DNA of 64,000 nucleotides, from NCBI GenBank assembly GCA_038065455.1, contig JBBTQX010000002.1, positions 55,035 through 119,034 of the forward strand. Direction: 5' to 3'. Each line of letters opens with the position of its first letter. Within the stretch, counting starts at the first letter, position 1. Under the pieces are notes generated by a model. It was not told the DNA's origin and made no database searches. It worked only from the letters and a program-made list of their open reading frames with translations. The DNA is from Patescibacteria group bacterium (lineage in GTDB: Bacteria > Patescibacteriota > Minisyncoccia > UBA6257 > GWB1-50-10). A program made the translations under genes and the position numbers. This document shows positions 1 to 10,375 of the stretch, in pieces.

Positions 1-134
1 TTCTTTCCCCGGCTCTTACCGGAGGGAATCTGCGCCGAAGCGGTATCGCCATATTCTCCCGTCAAAAACACCTCGATGGTCGGCTTCCCCCTGAAATCCG
101 TTATTTCCTTTACTTCAATGTCTTTTATCCTCAT
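1..134 (-). CDS. eno: Enolase, N-terminal part (runs off window edge)
   Basis: Manual translation MRIKDIEVKEITDFRGKPTIEVFLTGEYGDTASAQIPSGKSRGK resembles the enolase N-terminus (DSRGNPTVE...PSGASTG); ATG overlaps the TGA of the preceding gene. Confidence 0.8.
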   Translation of the reverse strand, partial: MRIKDIEVKEITDFRGKPTIEVFLTGEYGDTASAQIPSGKSRGK

Positions 135-1129
135 GCGATGAAATTCTTCGGGTCTGCGCTGTTATTAATAAAACCCGAGATGTTCTGGAGTGTTACGGTC
201 AATATCCTCATTAAAGCTTCGACGGTATTGAAAGCGTTGTGCGGAGTGATTAAAACGTTCGGCATTTTTATGAGCGCGTGATTTTCGAGAATTATTTTCA
301 TCGCTTCTCCGCTCGGCTCCGGCCCTTTTTCATATTTCGTTCCGCTCTCTTCTTCGAGTACATCCAATCCCGCGCCAGCCAGTATTCCATCTTGGAGCGC
401 TTTCACGAGCGCATTCGTCTCCACGATCGGCCCGCGGGCGGTATTCACCAAATACGCTCCTCTTTTTATCAAACTAATGTTATTTATATTAATGAGATGG
501 CGGGTTTCCGGAGTCAAAGGACAATGGATAGTGAGTACATCGGACTGCTTGAGCAATTCCTCGAGCGGAAGATATATGAAACCCAGTTCCTTTGCAGCCG
601 CCGCATTTTCTATTACATCATAGGCGATGATTTTCATCCCGAAGCCGTTCGCGATTCTCGCCGATTCCAACCCGATCCGGCCCGTACCGATAATGCCGAT
701 TGTCCGGCCCTTGAGATCGATACCTCGAAGACCTTCAAGCGAAAAAGAGCCGCTTTCCTTGATGCGGTCTACCGCCAGATAGATTTTCCGGGTTAAATTC
801 AGAAGGAGTCCGAAGGCCAGTTCCGCCACCGTGTTGTTGCCATAGCCCGGCACGTAACCCACTTTTATTCCTTTCGCTTTGCACGCCTCAAGGTCGATAT
901 GGTCGAAGCCGGTGGAATTTGTCGTCACCATCTTCAAATTTGGGAAATGTTCCAACACCTTCGCCGTTATCTTCGAATTGACGAAAATGGCGAGAATGTC
1001 GAAATCGTTCCGTTCCGGCAGTTCTTCCTCCGTAATCGCCTTATTCGAGAAATACAATTCGTGGCCGGGCAGGCTCTCTCGCGCCGTTTTTTCCTCCCAC
1101 CCCTCCGCCTCGAAAAATCCTATTTTCAT
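131..1129 (-). CDS. D-isomer-specific 2-hydroxyacid dehydrogenase (D-lactate/glycerate dehydrogenase family)
   Basis: GIIGTGRIG Rossmann motif, NTARG, LDVLEEE, TPHNAF. Confidence 0.92.
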   Translation of the reverse strand: MKIGFFEAEGWEEKTARESLPGHELYFSNKAITEEELPERNDFDILAIFVNSKITAKVLEHFPNLKMVTTNSTGFDHIDLEACKAKGIKVGYVPGYGNNTVAELAFGLLLNLTRKIYLAVDRIKESGSFSLEGLRGIDLKGRTIGIIGTGRIGLESARIANGFGMKIIAYDVIENAAAAKELGFIYLPLEELLKQSDVLTIHCPLTPETRHLININNISLIKRGAYLVNTARGPIVETNALVKALQDGILAGAGLDVLEEESGTKYEKGPEPSGEAMKIILENHALIKMPNVLITPHNAFNTVEALMRILTVTLQNISGFINNSADPKNFIA

Positions 1130-1167
1130 ATGGCTTCATTATAACGGAATGGGCCGATTTATAAAAA

Positions 1168-1199
1168 CAAAAAAACCGCGGTATATAATACCGCGGCTT
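1168..1199 (-). terminator. Intrinsic terminator
   Basis: CCGCGGTAT/ATACCGCGG hairpin followed by a U-tract on the minus strand. Confidence 0.6.
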
Positions 1200-1452
1200 A
1201 TAATGACTGTAATCCGGAAAAGGCAAATTCGTCGAAATCTTCGATTGGTTCCGAGATCAAATCATCCTTGGAGATATCGCAACCGAGTTTTTCACTTGAA
1301 ATTATCCCTTTTCCCGATTTGAATATCGTTCCGATAATTTCTCTGCCTTTGATTTCCTCTATTTTTACCACAAATATCGAGGTTCCTTCTATCTTCGCAT
1401 GGGAACCGTAGAATTTGCCGATCTCGAACTTTTTCGAGTCACCGTTTTTCAT
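1198..1452 (-). CDS. Hypothetical protein (84 aa)
   Basis: ORF between two hairpin terminators, same strand as neighbours. Confidence 0.6.
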   Translation of the reverse strand: MKNGDSKKFEIGKFYGSHAKIEGTSIFVVKIEEIKGREIIGTIFKSGKGIISSEKLGCDISKDDLISEPIEDFDEFAFSGLQSL

Positions 1453-1557
1453 AGGGTTCTTTTCCTTTCTTTTTTGATTGGTGATATAAAACTACTGAAT
1501 AAAAAATAACACCGGAACGAGTCCGGTGTCAAACCCAGGCGTGTTTTAGAGACGAAA

Positions 1558-1998
1558 TTAACTTTCCTTCGTTACTAGATAAATACCGAAGATTATTGCG
1601 ATTACCGGCCAGATGAACATTCCCATATGAAAGAATGGGAAGAATTGCTGAATCATGAAAAAGATGCCGGCAACGACAATAATCGCCCCGATAATGACGC
1701 GGAAGCCGCCGTGCTTCTTGTCTTTCTTGATTTCTTCCGCCACCACCTTTGCTTCTTTTTTGACCTTCTTGGCAAAATCTTTCACCTCTTCTTTCGGGCT
1801 CGTTTCCGCTCCCGCTTCAAGCGGAGTTATAACGGAGAGTACCAAATATACGAAAAGACCCACGCCGCCGGGCATTGTAAGGAGAACGAAGATGATCCTC
1901 ACGACCGTCGAATCGATATTGAAATATTTTCCCAATCCGCCGCACAAGCCGAATATCATCCTATCGCTCCGCGAACGATAAAGTTTTTTATGTTCCAT
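1558..1998 (-). CDS. pspC: PspC domain membrane protein
   Basis: KKLYRSRSDRMIFGLCGGLGKYFNID PspC signature plus C-terminal TM helices. Confidence 0.9.
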   Translation of the reverse strand: MEHKKLYRSRSDRMIFGLCGGLGKYFNIDSTVVRIIFVLLTMPGGVGLFVYLVLSVITPLEAGAETSPKEEVKDFAKKVKKEAKVVAEEIKKDKKHGGFRVIIGAIIVVAGIFFMIQQFFPFFHMGMFIWPVIAIIFGIYLVTKES

Positions 1999-2013
1999 AA
2001 TCTAAAATATAAT

Positions 2014-4428
2014 CTATTTCCGGCTTAATTTCAAAATCGTCTTGATGACGGAATCCGGATTCAAAGAAATGCTCTTTATCCCCTCCTTTACCAAGAATTC
2101 CGCGAAATCGGGATAATCGGAGGGCGCCTGGCCGCAAATGCCAATGTATTTTTTCTTCGCGTTGCACTTGTGGATTATTTCCGCGATGAGTTTTTTGACC
2201 GAAGGGTTATTCTCGTTCGCGATATGGGTCACGATACCAGAGTCCCTATCCAAACCGAGCGTGAGCTGAGTCAGATCGTTGGAACCGATGGACATCCCGT
2301 CGAAAATTTCCAAAAATTCGTCCGCCAAGAGTATATTGGAAGGAATTTCGCACATCACATAAATCTTGAGATTTTTGTCTTTTTTCCTGTTCAAGCCGTA
2401 CTTCGCCATTATCTCCACTACTTTTCTTCCCTCTTCGGGCGTCCGGCAGAAAGGTATCATCGCTACTACATTTTGAAGCCCCATCGTCTCACGCACTTTC
2501 TTCAGAGCTTTCACTTCCAAACTGAAAGCATCCTTGAACTTCGGGTCATAGTAGCGAGAAGCGCCGCGCCAGCCAAGCATCGGGTTTTCTTCGTTCGGCT
2601 CGTAACGCTCGCCGCCCAAAAGCTTGGAATATTCGTTTGTTTTGAAATCCGAAAAGCGGATAATCACTTCGTTCGGCCAGAAGGCCGCGCCGATTTTCGC
2701 GATGCCCTCCGCGAGCTCGTCCACGTAGAAGTCTGTCTTCCGGCGGTAACCGAGCGTGATGGCGTCTATTTTCTCTACCAATTTTTTGGTTGCGGGATTC
2801 TTCTTCGCTTCGGAAACCAATTTCGGATAGTCGATGAGCGCGTTCGGATGGATTTTGATATGCGAAGCGATAATGAATTCGAGCCGTCCCAAGCCGACGC
2901 CCTGCGCCGGCAAGAAATGATTCTTGAAAGCCTCATCCGGCGAAGCGACATTCACCATCACTTTCACTTTAGACTTCGGAAGCTTGTCCAAATGACGCTC
3001 CGTGACGCCAAAAGGCAGAATGCCCGCATATACCTTCCCCTCCTCGCCCGAGGCGCAATCCACCGTCACCTTCTGGCCGGTCTTCAAAACTTTCGTCGCC
3101 TTGCCCGCGCCTACGATGCACGGAATGCCAAGCTCGCGCGAAACGATTGCGGCGTGGGATGTCCGGCCGCCCTTGTCCGTAACGATGGCCGAGGCGATTT
3201 TCATAATCGGCTCCCAATCCGGATCGGTAATCTCGGTCACCAGCACCTCCCCTTTTTTGAAATCTTTTATTTTCTTAGCATCTTTGATGACGCGCACCGG
3301 ACCCGCACCGATTTTCGCCCCGACAGCGATGCCATTTATAAGAACTTTAGATTGTTTCTGAAGATGGTATTCCTTATATATTTTCTTGTCCGTCAGAGCC
3401 TGAACGGTTTCCGGTCTGGCCTGGACAATGAAAAGCTTCTTCGTCCGTCCGTCCTTCGCCCACTCTATATCCATCGGCTGATAGTGTTTATGGAGTTTCG
3501 AAAAATACTTCTCTATCTCCAAAGACCATTTCGCGAGCGTAAGCACCTCGTCCTCCGAAATGCAGAACTTCGCCTGCTGGGACTCCGTTACCGAAACTCT
3601 CTTCGTTCCCTCTTTTCCGTATATGAGCTTCACATTCTTCTTCCCCAAATTCTGCTCGATAATGGCGCGATGGCCGGTTTCAAGCGTCGGTTTGAAAACC
3701 ATGAATTCGTCCGGCGTCACCTGACCTTGAACGATCATCTCTCCTAAGCCCCAGGAGCCGGTGATAATAATGGCGTTATCGAAGCCGCTCTCGGTATCAA
3801 TCGTGAAAGCCACGCCCGAGGAGGCCAGGTCGGAGTGCACCATCTTCTGCACGCCGACCGAAAGCGCAATATCCGTATTGGCGAAACCCTTATCCACGCG
3901 GTATGAAATAGCGCGGTCGGTAAAAAGCGAAGCGATGCATTTTTTAGCCGAAAGAAGAACCGCTTCCACTCCCACTACATTCAGATAAGTTTCCTGCTGG
4001 CCGGCGAAAGATGCGCCCGGCAAATCCTCTGCAGTCGCGGACGAACGCACAGCCGTGTCGGTATTTTTGCCGTACATCTTCTCCAGTTTCCGATAGGCTT
4101 CGCGGATAGCCCTCGTGAGCTCTTTCGGTAATTCGGCTTCAATTATTATTTTGCGAATTTCTTTTCCGCTTTTCTGCAGTTCCCGAATATCCTTTGTATT
4201 CGTCCTCTTCATTATCTCCCGGATTTTCTTGTCCAAACCGGTCTTTTTCAAAAAGAAGCGGTAGGCAAAGGCGGTGAGCGCGAAACCGTTCGGGATATTT
4301 ACGCCGAGCGGAACGAGGTGCGAATACATCTCCCCCAGTGCGGCGTTCTTCCCGCCCACGAGTGGGACATCCTTGATACCAAGTTCCTTGAACCACAAAA
4401 CGAACGATTTTTTCTTAGATTGAGCCAT
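2014..4428 (-). CDS. ppsA: Phosphoenolpyruvate synthase
   Basis: VGGKNA, AVRSSATAEDLPGASFAGQQET, GGRTSHAAIVSRE phospho-His, SIGSNDLTQ. Confidence 0.97.
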   Translation of the reverse strand: MAQSKKKSFVLWFKELGIKDVPLVGGKNAALGEMYSHLVPLGVNIPNGFALTAFAYRFFLKKTGLDKKIREIMKRTNTKDIRELQKSGKEIRKIIIEAELPKELTRAIREAYRKLEKMYGKNTDTAVRSSATAEDLPGASFAGQQETYLNVVGVEAVLLSAKKCIASLFTDRAISYRVDKGFANTDIALSVGVQKMVHSDLASSGVAFTIDTESGFDNAIIITGSWGLGEMIVQGQVTPDEFMVFKPTLETGHRAIIEQNLGKKNVKLIYGKEGTKRVSVTESQQAKFCISEDEVLTLAKWSLEIEKYFSKLHKHYQPMDIEWAKDGRTKKLFIVQARPETVQALTDKKIYKEYHLQKQSKVLINGIAVGAKIGAGPVRVIKDAKKIKDFKKGEVLVTEITDPDWEPIMKIASAIVTDKGGRTSHAAIVSRELGIPCIVGAGKATKVLKTGQKVTVDCASGEEGKVYAGILPFGVTERHLDKLPKSKVKVMVNVASPDEAFKNHFLPAQGVGLGRLEFIIASHIKIHPNALIDYPKLVSEAKKNPATKKLVEKIDAITLGYRRKTDFYVDELAEGIAKIGAAFWPNEVIIRFSDFKTNEYSKLLGGERYEPNEENPMLGWRGASRYYDPKFKDAFSLEVKALKKVRETMGLQNVVAMIPFCRTPEEGRKVVEIMAKYGLNRKKDKNLKIYVMCEIPSNILLADEFLEIFDGMSIGSNDLTQLTLGLDRDSGIVTHIANENNPSVKKLIAEIIHKCNAKKKYIGICGQAPSDYPDFAEFLVKEGIKSISLNPDSVIKTILKLSRK

Positions 4429-4472
4429 ATTTCGTATTTCAGACTACCTCGCTATTATAACACTACCGATAT

Positions 4473-5750
4473 TTACCCTTTAATTGCGATAATTAAATCC
4501 GACACATTGGAACCGGTGTCGCCGGTCAGGAGATAGTCCCCAACTTCTTTGAAAAACGCGTAGGAATCGTTGTTCTTCAAAAATTCCTCCGGCTTCAGAC
4601 CGAGTTTCGCGGCCTTTTCACTGGTTATTTTATCACAAAGCGCGCCCGCGAAATCGGTGTTGTCCCGCCCATCCGAGGCAAAAGAAAGTATCAGTTCGCC
4701 GTCGCCTACCTCTCCCAAAGCACCCATCGCCACCTCCTGGTTCCGACCGCCTTCACCCGCGCCTTTCACACAAACAGTCGTCTCTCCGCCATAAAGAACG
4801 GCGGTTTTTCGGTTCTCCTTATGGAGATTGGCGGCAATTTCCTTTCCCTTATCCCTCGCTTCTCCCTCCAGGATATTGGTATGGATATCGGCATCGAAAC
4901 CCAACTCCTTCGCCTTTTCGGACATAGCCGAAAGAGCGGTGATGTTGTCCATAAAAACGATATTCGCCATCTTCTCGAAGAATTTGTTTCCTTTGGGCGT
5001 TTCGAGCGGCTCTATTTTCAAGCCGATTGATTTTTCAATGCCGTATTTTTCCAAAACGAGGCGCGCATCCTCCACTGTCGTCGTATCTTTCACCGTCGGC
5101 CCGGAAGCGACGAATTCGATGCTTCCCCGCACATCCGAAAAAATGAGCGCGACCGAGGTGGCCGGATAGGCGTAGGCCGCGAGATGCCCGCCGCGCGCGA
5201 GCGATAAGTGCTTCCGAACCGTATTGGTTTCCTCAATATTGGCGCCCGCGCGAAAAAGCGCCTGCAGAATATCCTTTTCATCCTGACAGACCAACTCTTT
5301 GGGCTGGCATAAAAGCGTCGAGCCGCCGCCGGATATCACAAACAAAACAAAATCCTTTTCGGCCAAAGAAGAAAGTAGTTTGATTATCTCCGCCGTCGCA
5401 TCGATATTCCTAGGCTCGGGAAAAGGATGGGCGCCGGCGAATGTCTTTATTTTATTTAAGCTTCCTTCGTGCACATCGAGTACGATGCCGCCGTTCAATT
5501 TTTCGCCCAAAATCTCCTCAAGCGCTCGGCCGGCCTCAAGCGCGCACTTCCCCACCCCCACCACGAAAATGCGTTCAAAATGCGAAAGGTCAAATTCCCT
5601 GCCTTTTACGGAAAGAGTGTTTTCCCCGAGAATAATTTCTTTTTTTATATATTTTTCCGTATCAATCGCATCGAGTCCCGCCTCCGCTATTTCCAAAGCG
5701 GCTTTCCGCAAATCCGTCTCCGCCAATTCCTTGAAATTCCGGATCTTCAT
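4473..5750 (-). CDS. Glycerate 2-kinase (DUF4147/MOFRL family)
   Basis: ISGGGS, ASGPT, GGETTV, GGRNQE, TGSNVSD motifs. Confidence 0.9.
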   Translation of the reverse strand: MKIRNFKELAETDLRKAALEIAEAGLDAIDTEKYIKKEIILGENTLSVKGREFDLSHFERIFVVGVGKCALEAGRALEEILGEKLNGGIVLDVHEGSLNKIKTFAGAHPFPEPRNIDATAEIIKLLSSLAEKDFVLFVISGGGSTLLCQPKELVCQDEKDILQALFRAGANIEETNTVRKHLSLARGGHLAAYAYPATSVALIFSDVRGSIEFVASGPTVKDTTTVEDARLVLEKYGIEKSIGLKIEPLETPKGNKFFEKMANIVFMDNITALSAMSEKAKELGFDADIHTNILEGEARDKGKEIAANLHKENRKTAVLYGGETTVCVKGAGEGGRNQEVAMGALGEVGDGELILSFASDGRDNTDFAGALCDKITSEKAAKLGLKPEEFLKNNDSYAFFKEVGDYLLTGDTGSNVSDLIIAIKG

Positions 5751-5768
5751 TTATCTAACATTTTAGCA

Positions 5769-7913
5769 CTAAAGAACCCTTCGTTTCAGCAGAACGGCAT
5801 TCACCGAAACAATTACGGTGCTTAATGACATTAAAACAGCCGAAACAGCCGGTTGAAGCAGAATTCCGTAGGAAACGAGAACGCCCGCCGCGAGCGGCAT
5901 CGCGATAATGTTGTATCCGGTCGCCCACCACAAATTCTGAATCATTTTTGCGTATGTCAGGCGCGAAAGCTTTATTATCTTCGGAATATCCCTCGGATCG
6001 TTCCTGACCAATATGATTCCGGCCGATTCCACCGCTACATTCGTTCCGGCGCCGATGGCGATTCCCAAATCCGCCTGGGTCAAAGCCGGCGCATCGTTTA
6101 TGCCATCGCCCACCATCGCGACTTTAAGGCCCTTGGATTGGAGTAATTTAACCTTCTCCGATTTTTCTCCCGGCAGAACCCGAGCGAAATATTCGTCGAT
6201 TTCCAGTTCGTCCGCCACCCACTTCGCCACTTCTTCGGAATCGCCGGTAACCATCGCTGTTTTTATGCCCATCGCTTTCAATCCGGCAATCGCTTCGCGC
6301 GATTCGTTTCGAATGATATCTCCCAAAACGATGAATCCAATTATATTTTCATCCGCTATAGCATAAATAATCGTCTTCCCCTGCCCAGCAGATAACCCGA
6401 TTTCTTTTGGAGTTTGGAATTTGGAATTTGGAATTTCCGAAAGTATCGCCTCTCCTCCGGCAAGAATCCTTTTCCCTTGCACCGAGGCGCTTACGCCTTT
6501 TCCCGAAATTCTTTTGAAATCCTCAATCGGCAGAAGCGGAATATTTTTATCTTTCGCATACCGGACAATAGCCTTGGAAACGAAGTGCTCCGAATGGCTG
6601 TCTACCGAAGCGGCCAACTGAATCACATCGCTCTCTTTCTGATTCGGCGCGGCAACGACTTTTTCCACACCGTATTCGCCGGTCGTGAGCGTTCCCGTTT
6701 TATCGAAAAGGATTATGTCGATATTCCGGGCGGACTCCAACGCCATTCGCTGTTTCACCAAAAATCCGTTTTTGGCGGCAAGCGTCGTCGAGATGGAAGC
6801 GATGAGCGGCACCGCAAGACCCAAAGCGTGCGGACAAGCGATGACCAGAACCGCCACCAATCTCTCGATTGCGAATGAAGCTCCGCTCCCGCCCGAAAGC
6901 CACGCGGCGAAAGTTATAACGCCGACGGTTATAGCGATAAGCGTGAGATAGAAAGCGGCCCTATCCGAAAGAACCTGGAGGCGGGATTTCGAAGATTGGG
7001 CCTCCTGCACCAATTTCATCACGCCGGCCAGAAAAGTGTGTTCGCCGATTTTGGTCACTTGAATCTTCAATGAACCGTCGGCATTCAAGGTGCCGGCAAT
7101 AACTTCGCTCCCCTCGCTCTTCAAAATCGGCTTTGACTCTCCGGTCACGGCGGATTCATTGACCTCCGATTTGCCTTCCACCACTTTTCCGTCGGCGGGA
7201 ATCTTCGCTCCGGGCCGCACAAAAACCACGTCCCCGACCTTCAATTCGGCCAGAGGGATGGATATGCTATTGCCGCCGCGCAACACTTCTGCCATATCGG
7301 GCAAGAGCTTCGACAATTCTTTCAAGGCTCCCTGAGCGCTCTGGACCGACTTCATCTCGATATAATGGCCCAAGAGCATTATCGTTATCAGAGTCGCAAG
7401 CTCCCAAAACAGCGTGTGTTCGCTTCCGGAAATAACCGACCCAACACTGAAAAAATAAGCGGCAGAAACCGCGATAGCGATAAGCGTCATCATTCCGGGC
7501 AAGCGCGCCCGAAGCTCGTGCCAAGCACCCATTAGAAAAACCCAGCCGCTGTAGAAAAACACTATTGAGCCCAAAATCAGCGCTAGATACCGGGAACCGA
7601 CGAATGCCGGGAATTGCCAACTGAAAAGTGCTTCCGGCAAATCCGAATAAGCCAATATCGGAATCGTAAGAATCAGGCTTATCCAAAATTTACCGAGAAA
7701 ACTCGATGTTTTGTGTCCGGCATGTCCCGATGGCTTTGCCATCGAGGATCCTCGATTGTTATACAATCGGGACTTGTTGAATTCTTTTTTCTTTTTCTCC
7801 GGCACCAGATTCATTCCGCATTCCGGGCAATGGCCCGGCTTGTCGCTCTTCACTTCCGGATGCATCGGACAGATGTAGGTTTTTTGCTGTTCTCCTTGAT
7901 TTTCGTGATTCAT
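5769..7913 (-). CDS. Heavy-metal (Cu) translocating P1B-type ATPase, CopB-like
   Basis: N-terminal YICPMHP...CPECGM metal-binding domain, TGES, ACPHALGLA, DKTGTLT, GDGINDAP; start taken at MNHENQ (alternative 7937). Confidence 0.93.
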   Translation of the reverse strand: MNHENQGEQQKTYICPMHPEVKSDKPGHCPECGMNLVPEKKKKEFNKSRLYNNRGSSMAKPSGHAGHKTSSFLGKFWISLILTIPILAYSDLPEALFSWQFPAFVGSRYLALILGSIVFFYSGWVFLMGAWHELRARLPGMMTLIAIAVSAAYFFSVGSVISGSEHTLFWELATLITIMLLGHYIEMKSVQSAQGALKELSKLLPDMAEVLRGGNSISIPLAELKVGDVVFVRPGAKIPADGKVVEGKSEVNESAVTGESKPILKSEGSEVIAGTLNADGSLKIQVTKIGEHTFLAGVMKLVQEAQSSKSRLQVLSDRAAFYLTLIAITVGVITFAAWLSGGSGASFAIERLVAVLVIACPHALGLAVPLIASISTTLAAKNGFLVKQRMALESARNIDIILFDKTGTLTTGEYGVEKVVAAPNQKESDVIQLAASVDSHSEHFVSKAIVRYAKDKNIPLLPIEDFKRISGKGVSASVQGKRILAGGEAILSEIPNSKFQTPKEIGLSAGQGKTIIYAIADENIIGFIVLGDIIRNESREAIAGLKAMGIKTAMVTGDSEEVAKWVADELEIDEYFARVLPGEKSEKVKLLQSKGLKVAMVGDGINDAPALTQADLGIAIGAGTNVAVESAGIILVRNDPRDIPKIIKLSRLTYAKMIQNLWWATGYNIIAMPLAAGVLVSYGILLQPAVSAVLMSLSTVIVSVNAVLLKRRVL

Positions 7914-7924
7914 ATTTTTTATTT

Positions 7925-8677
7925 TTATACTCCGCAAGACGAGCCTTTATTCTCGGTCGGCTTTAATTTCGCGACTATCGCCTGATATCCCGAAGCGCTT
8001 GAATAGTTGGCCGAAAGAATCTCTTTGGCGGATATTCCGTCAGCTGACGAACCAATACTCTTTCCTTGTTGGGCCAAATATGCCTCAATGTTCGCATACA
8101 TATCCGGAAACCAGGAAGTGTTGGCTTTTAGCGCCTCGTCATACATTTCCGCTTCATCCGCGCCTTGGCTTGCCATCAATTCAAGAAGCCCCAGCATCGC
8201 CATTCCGTGATTGCAATCCGGAAAATAAACCGAGTTGCCGCAACAAGGACGAAAGATGTTTTTGGACACTCTTTCGACAAGCGCCTGCTGTTCCGGAGTC
8301 AATTCGATGAAATTATGCATCGAATAGTGATTCATCGCATTGCCGACGGAAATAGTCCAGCCGCCGGTCGAAGCGAATTTGTCCGCGCCGCCGTAGCTTG
8401 AATCCATCATCGGCCCTTTTTCCAAAATCGGATTTTTATTGGATAAGCCGAGCGCCCAAAGAAGATTGAGGGTCGTGCTGGCCGATTCGAATTTTTTTTC
8501 GTCTATCACGCCCGCCTGAACCATTTTTATTTTAAGGCTCCCCAAATCGAGACTTCTATTTCCGGTCCGATTGGAATCGGCCGGAACACCCGCCCGATAA
8601 ACTAGAGCCAAAGCGACAATCAAAACGGAAAACAAAACGCTGATCAGAATCAAATAATTCCCATTTTTATTTATCAT
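7925..8677 (-). CDS. Membrane-anchored hypothetical protein with RPCC...PDCNHG Cys/His motif
   Basis: N-terminal TM helix; Cys/His cluster; C-terminal SCGV. Confidence 0.75.
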   Translation of the reverse strand: MINKNGNYLILISVLFSVLIVALALVYRAGVPADSNRTGNRSLDLGSLKIKMVQAGVIDEKKFESASTTLNLLWALGLSNKNPILEKGPMMDSSYGGADKFASTGGWTISVGNAMNHYSMHNFIELTPEQQALVERVSKNIFRPCCGNSVYFPDCNHGMAMLGLLELMASQGADEAEMYDEALKANTSWFPDMYANIEAYLAQQGKSIGSSADGISAKEILSANYSSASGYQAIVAKLKPTENKGSSCGV

Positions 8678-8695
8678 AGTGATTTTTAAGAGCGG

Positions 8696-9073
8696 TTAAT
8701 TCTGAGGCAAGGGGCACACCGTCTTGTCGGATAATTCCTGAAAAGACATTTCTCCCGCTATCCGACTGCCATCCTGGAATATCCAGGTCGGATATCCATT
8801 AATGCCCTTTGCGGTGCATTTTGCCGTTTCCTGAGTACATTCTACATACGGCACATATTGGAACGCGCTCCCGAAAAGTTTCTTCTGATTCTGGCAATGA
8901 GGGCACCAATAGGCGCCGTACATCACGACATCTTTGGATGCCAAACATTTGGCGAATGTATCTATCGCCGCATTGGCTTTGGTCGGGCCGTTCGTTAAAA
9001 CCATCGTGAGAATCACGGCTACCAATACCAGAACTAAAACTCCCACCGAAATTAATGTGTTTTTTGTATTCAT
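8696..9073 (-). CDS. Exported thioredoxin-like protein (CPHC)
   Basis: Signal/TM, then MYGAYWCPHCQNQK and GYPTW cis-Pro motif. Confidence 0.85.
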   Translation of the reverse strand: MNTKNTLISVGVLVLVLVAVILTMVLTNGPTKANAAIDTFAKCLASKDVVMYGAYWCPHCQNQKKLFGSAFQYVPYVECTQETAKCTAKGINGYPTWIFQDGSRIAGEMSFQELSDKTVCPLPQN

Positions 9074-9086
9074 AATTCCAATTAAA

Positions 9087-9584
9087 TCATTCTTTACAGC
9101 AATCGACCAGTTTATTCACGATATCCTCGTGAGTCCAAGGCCCGTCGCCCTCCGGATTTTTTTTCAAATCTTCCATATTTATCAACTTCAAACGCAAGCC
9201 CCAGAAGAGCGAGTATAATTTGTAGGATTTGTCGAACATCTCCTTCGCCTCCTTCCGCTGGCCCGCGCCCTCCAGTTTCGTACCCACTTCCATCAGCCGC
9301 ATTGAGGTCGCAAGCAGATGTTTCGAGATACACCAAGTTTCTCCTTCATGCTTATCAATCAACTTCCCTAAAAGTTCTTTTCGCATCTCCCGCGTTTCCC
9401 GAAGCAAATCGAAATAATCGTCCTTCTTCGTCTTCTCGGCCGTGAAGAAAAAATGCTCCTCCAGACTTATGAGATTCATCACGGCAATCGACAAATCCTC
9501 ATCGAGCGACAAATCGAAATTGCCGCTTTTTTTCAGCTCCGCCACTTTCTTCATCAGTTCTTCGAAATTTAATTTCTTGTCCAT
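9087..9584 (-). CDS. Helical hypothetical protein (WCISKH, C-terminal CCKE)
   Basis: Tightly packed in operon; no family recognised. Confidence 0.75.
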   Translation of the reverse strand: MDKKLNFEELMKKVAELKKSGNFDLSLDEDLSIAVMNLISLEEHFFFTAEKTKKDDYFDLLRETREMRKELLGKLIDKHEGETWCISKHLLATSMRLMEVGTKLEGAGQRKEAKEMFDKSYKLYSLFWGLRLKLINMEDLKKNPEGDGPWTHEDIVNKLVDCCKE

Positions 9585-9588
9585 ATGT

Positions 9589-10371
9589 CTATATTAAAAA
9601 GGTTAATATGCCTAAAATAATGACAATGACCGCGCCCCACAAATGAAACTTCCTTATATTATTTTTGCGCCATTCCTGAATTTTGTCCAAGACCGCCCGA
9701 TTACTCGCTCCGAGGAGTATCAAAACCAGTGGCAGAACGAAAATCAGATTGTAGAAGACGAGATAACCGAGGCCGCTCCAATATGTGCTGGTGTCGTGCA
9801 GAAGCCCCAAAATCAAAAGATAAGGGCCGCCGGTGCAGGGAAATTCGCAGATTCCCACGAGCGCTCCCAGAATAAACGCCGTCGGAACGGAAGCTTTTTC
9901 CATCAAACCGGCGATTGTTCTGTGGCTCAAAGTCGGAATCGCAAGCCTAATCGGAAAAGACGGGAAAAACTCGTTGATAATTCCGATGAAACCCAGAAGA
10001 ATCAGAAGCGTCGCACCGACCTTCGCCATAAAGTGTGGCACGCTGAAGACGTGAAGCGCCTGAAGAATTCCTAAACCAATCAGAAGATAGGCCAAAAATA
10101 TCCCGAAGATATAGACTCCGCCGATTTTAAGGATACTCGAACGCATTTTTCCCAGACTGAAGAGGAAAGCAATCGTGAGAAGCAGGACGGAAAAAGCGCA
10201 GGGATTAATACTGTCCACTGCCGCCGCGACGACGACGAGCGGCGCAAGGAATTTTCCTCCTCCGCTCCACTGCCACAGAAACGGGGCGATACCGGGAGAA
10301 AGCTTCAGAAAAACCACGAGTGCCCCGAAAGCCGCGATTGCCAAAATTATTCCCAAAAATTTCTTGTTCAT
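9589..10371 (-). CDS. CcdA/DsbD-type thiol-disulfide transmembrane protein
   Basis: Multi-TM; DSINPCAF and EFPCTGGPY redox Cys pair. Confidence 0.85.
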   Translation of the reverse strand: MNKKFLGIILAIAAFGALVVFLKLSPGIAPFLWQWSGGGKFLAPLVVVAAAVDSINPCAFSVLLLTIAFLFSLGKMRSSILKIGGVYIFGIFLAYLLIGLGILQALHVFSVPHFMAKVGATLLILLGFIGIINEFFPSFPIRLAIPTLSHRTIAGLMEKASVPTAFILGALVGICEFPCTGGPYLLILGLLHDTSTYWSGLGYLVFYNLIFVLPLVLILLGASNRAVLDKIQEWRKNNIRKFHLWGAVIVIILGILTFLI

Positions 10372-10375
10372 AATT

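Noticed and set aside
2170-3747. 525-aa plus-strand ORF, and similar ones at 19032-20153, 25991-26953, 36049-36987 and 38225-39004
   Set aside because: Antisense shadows of well-supported genes, with no recognisable motifs.
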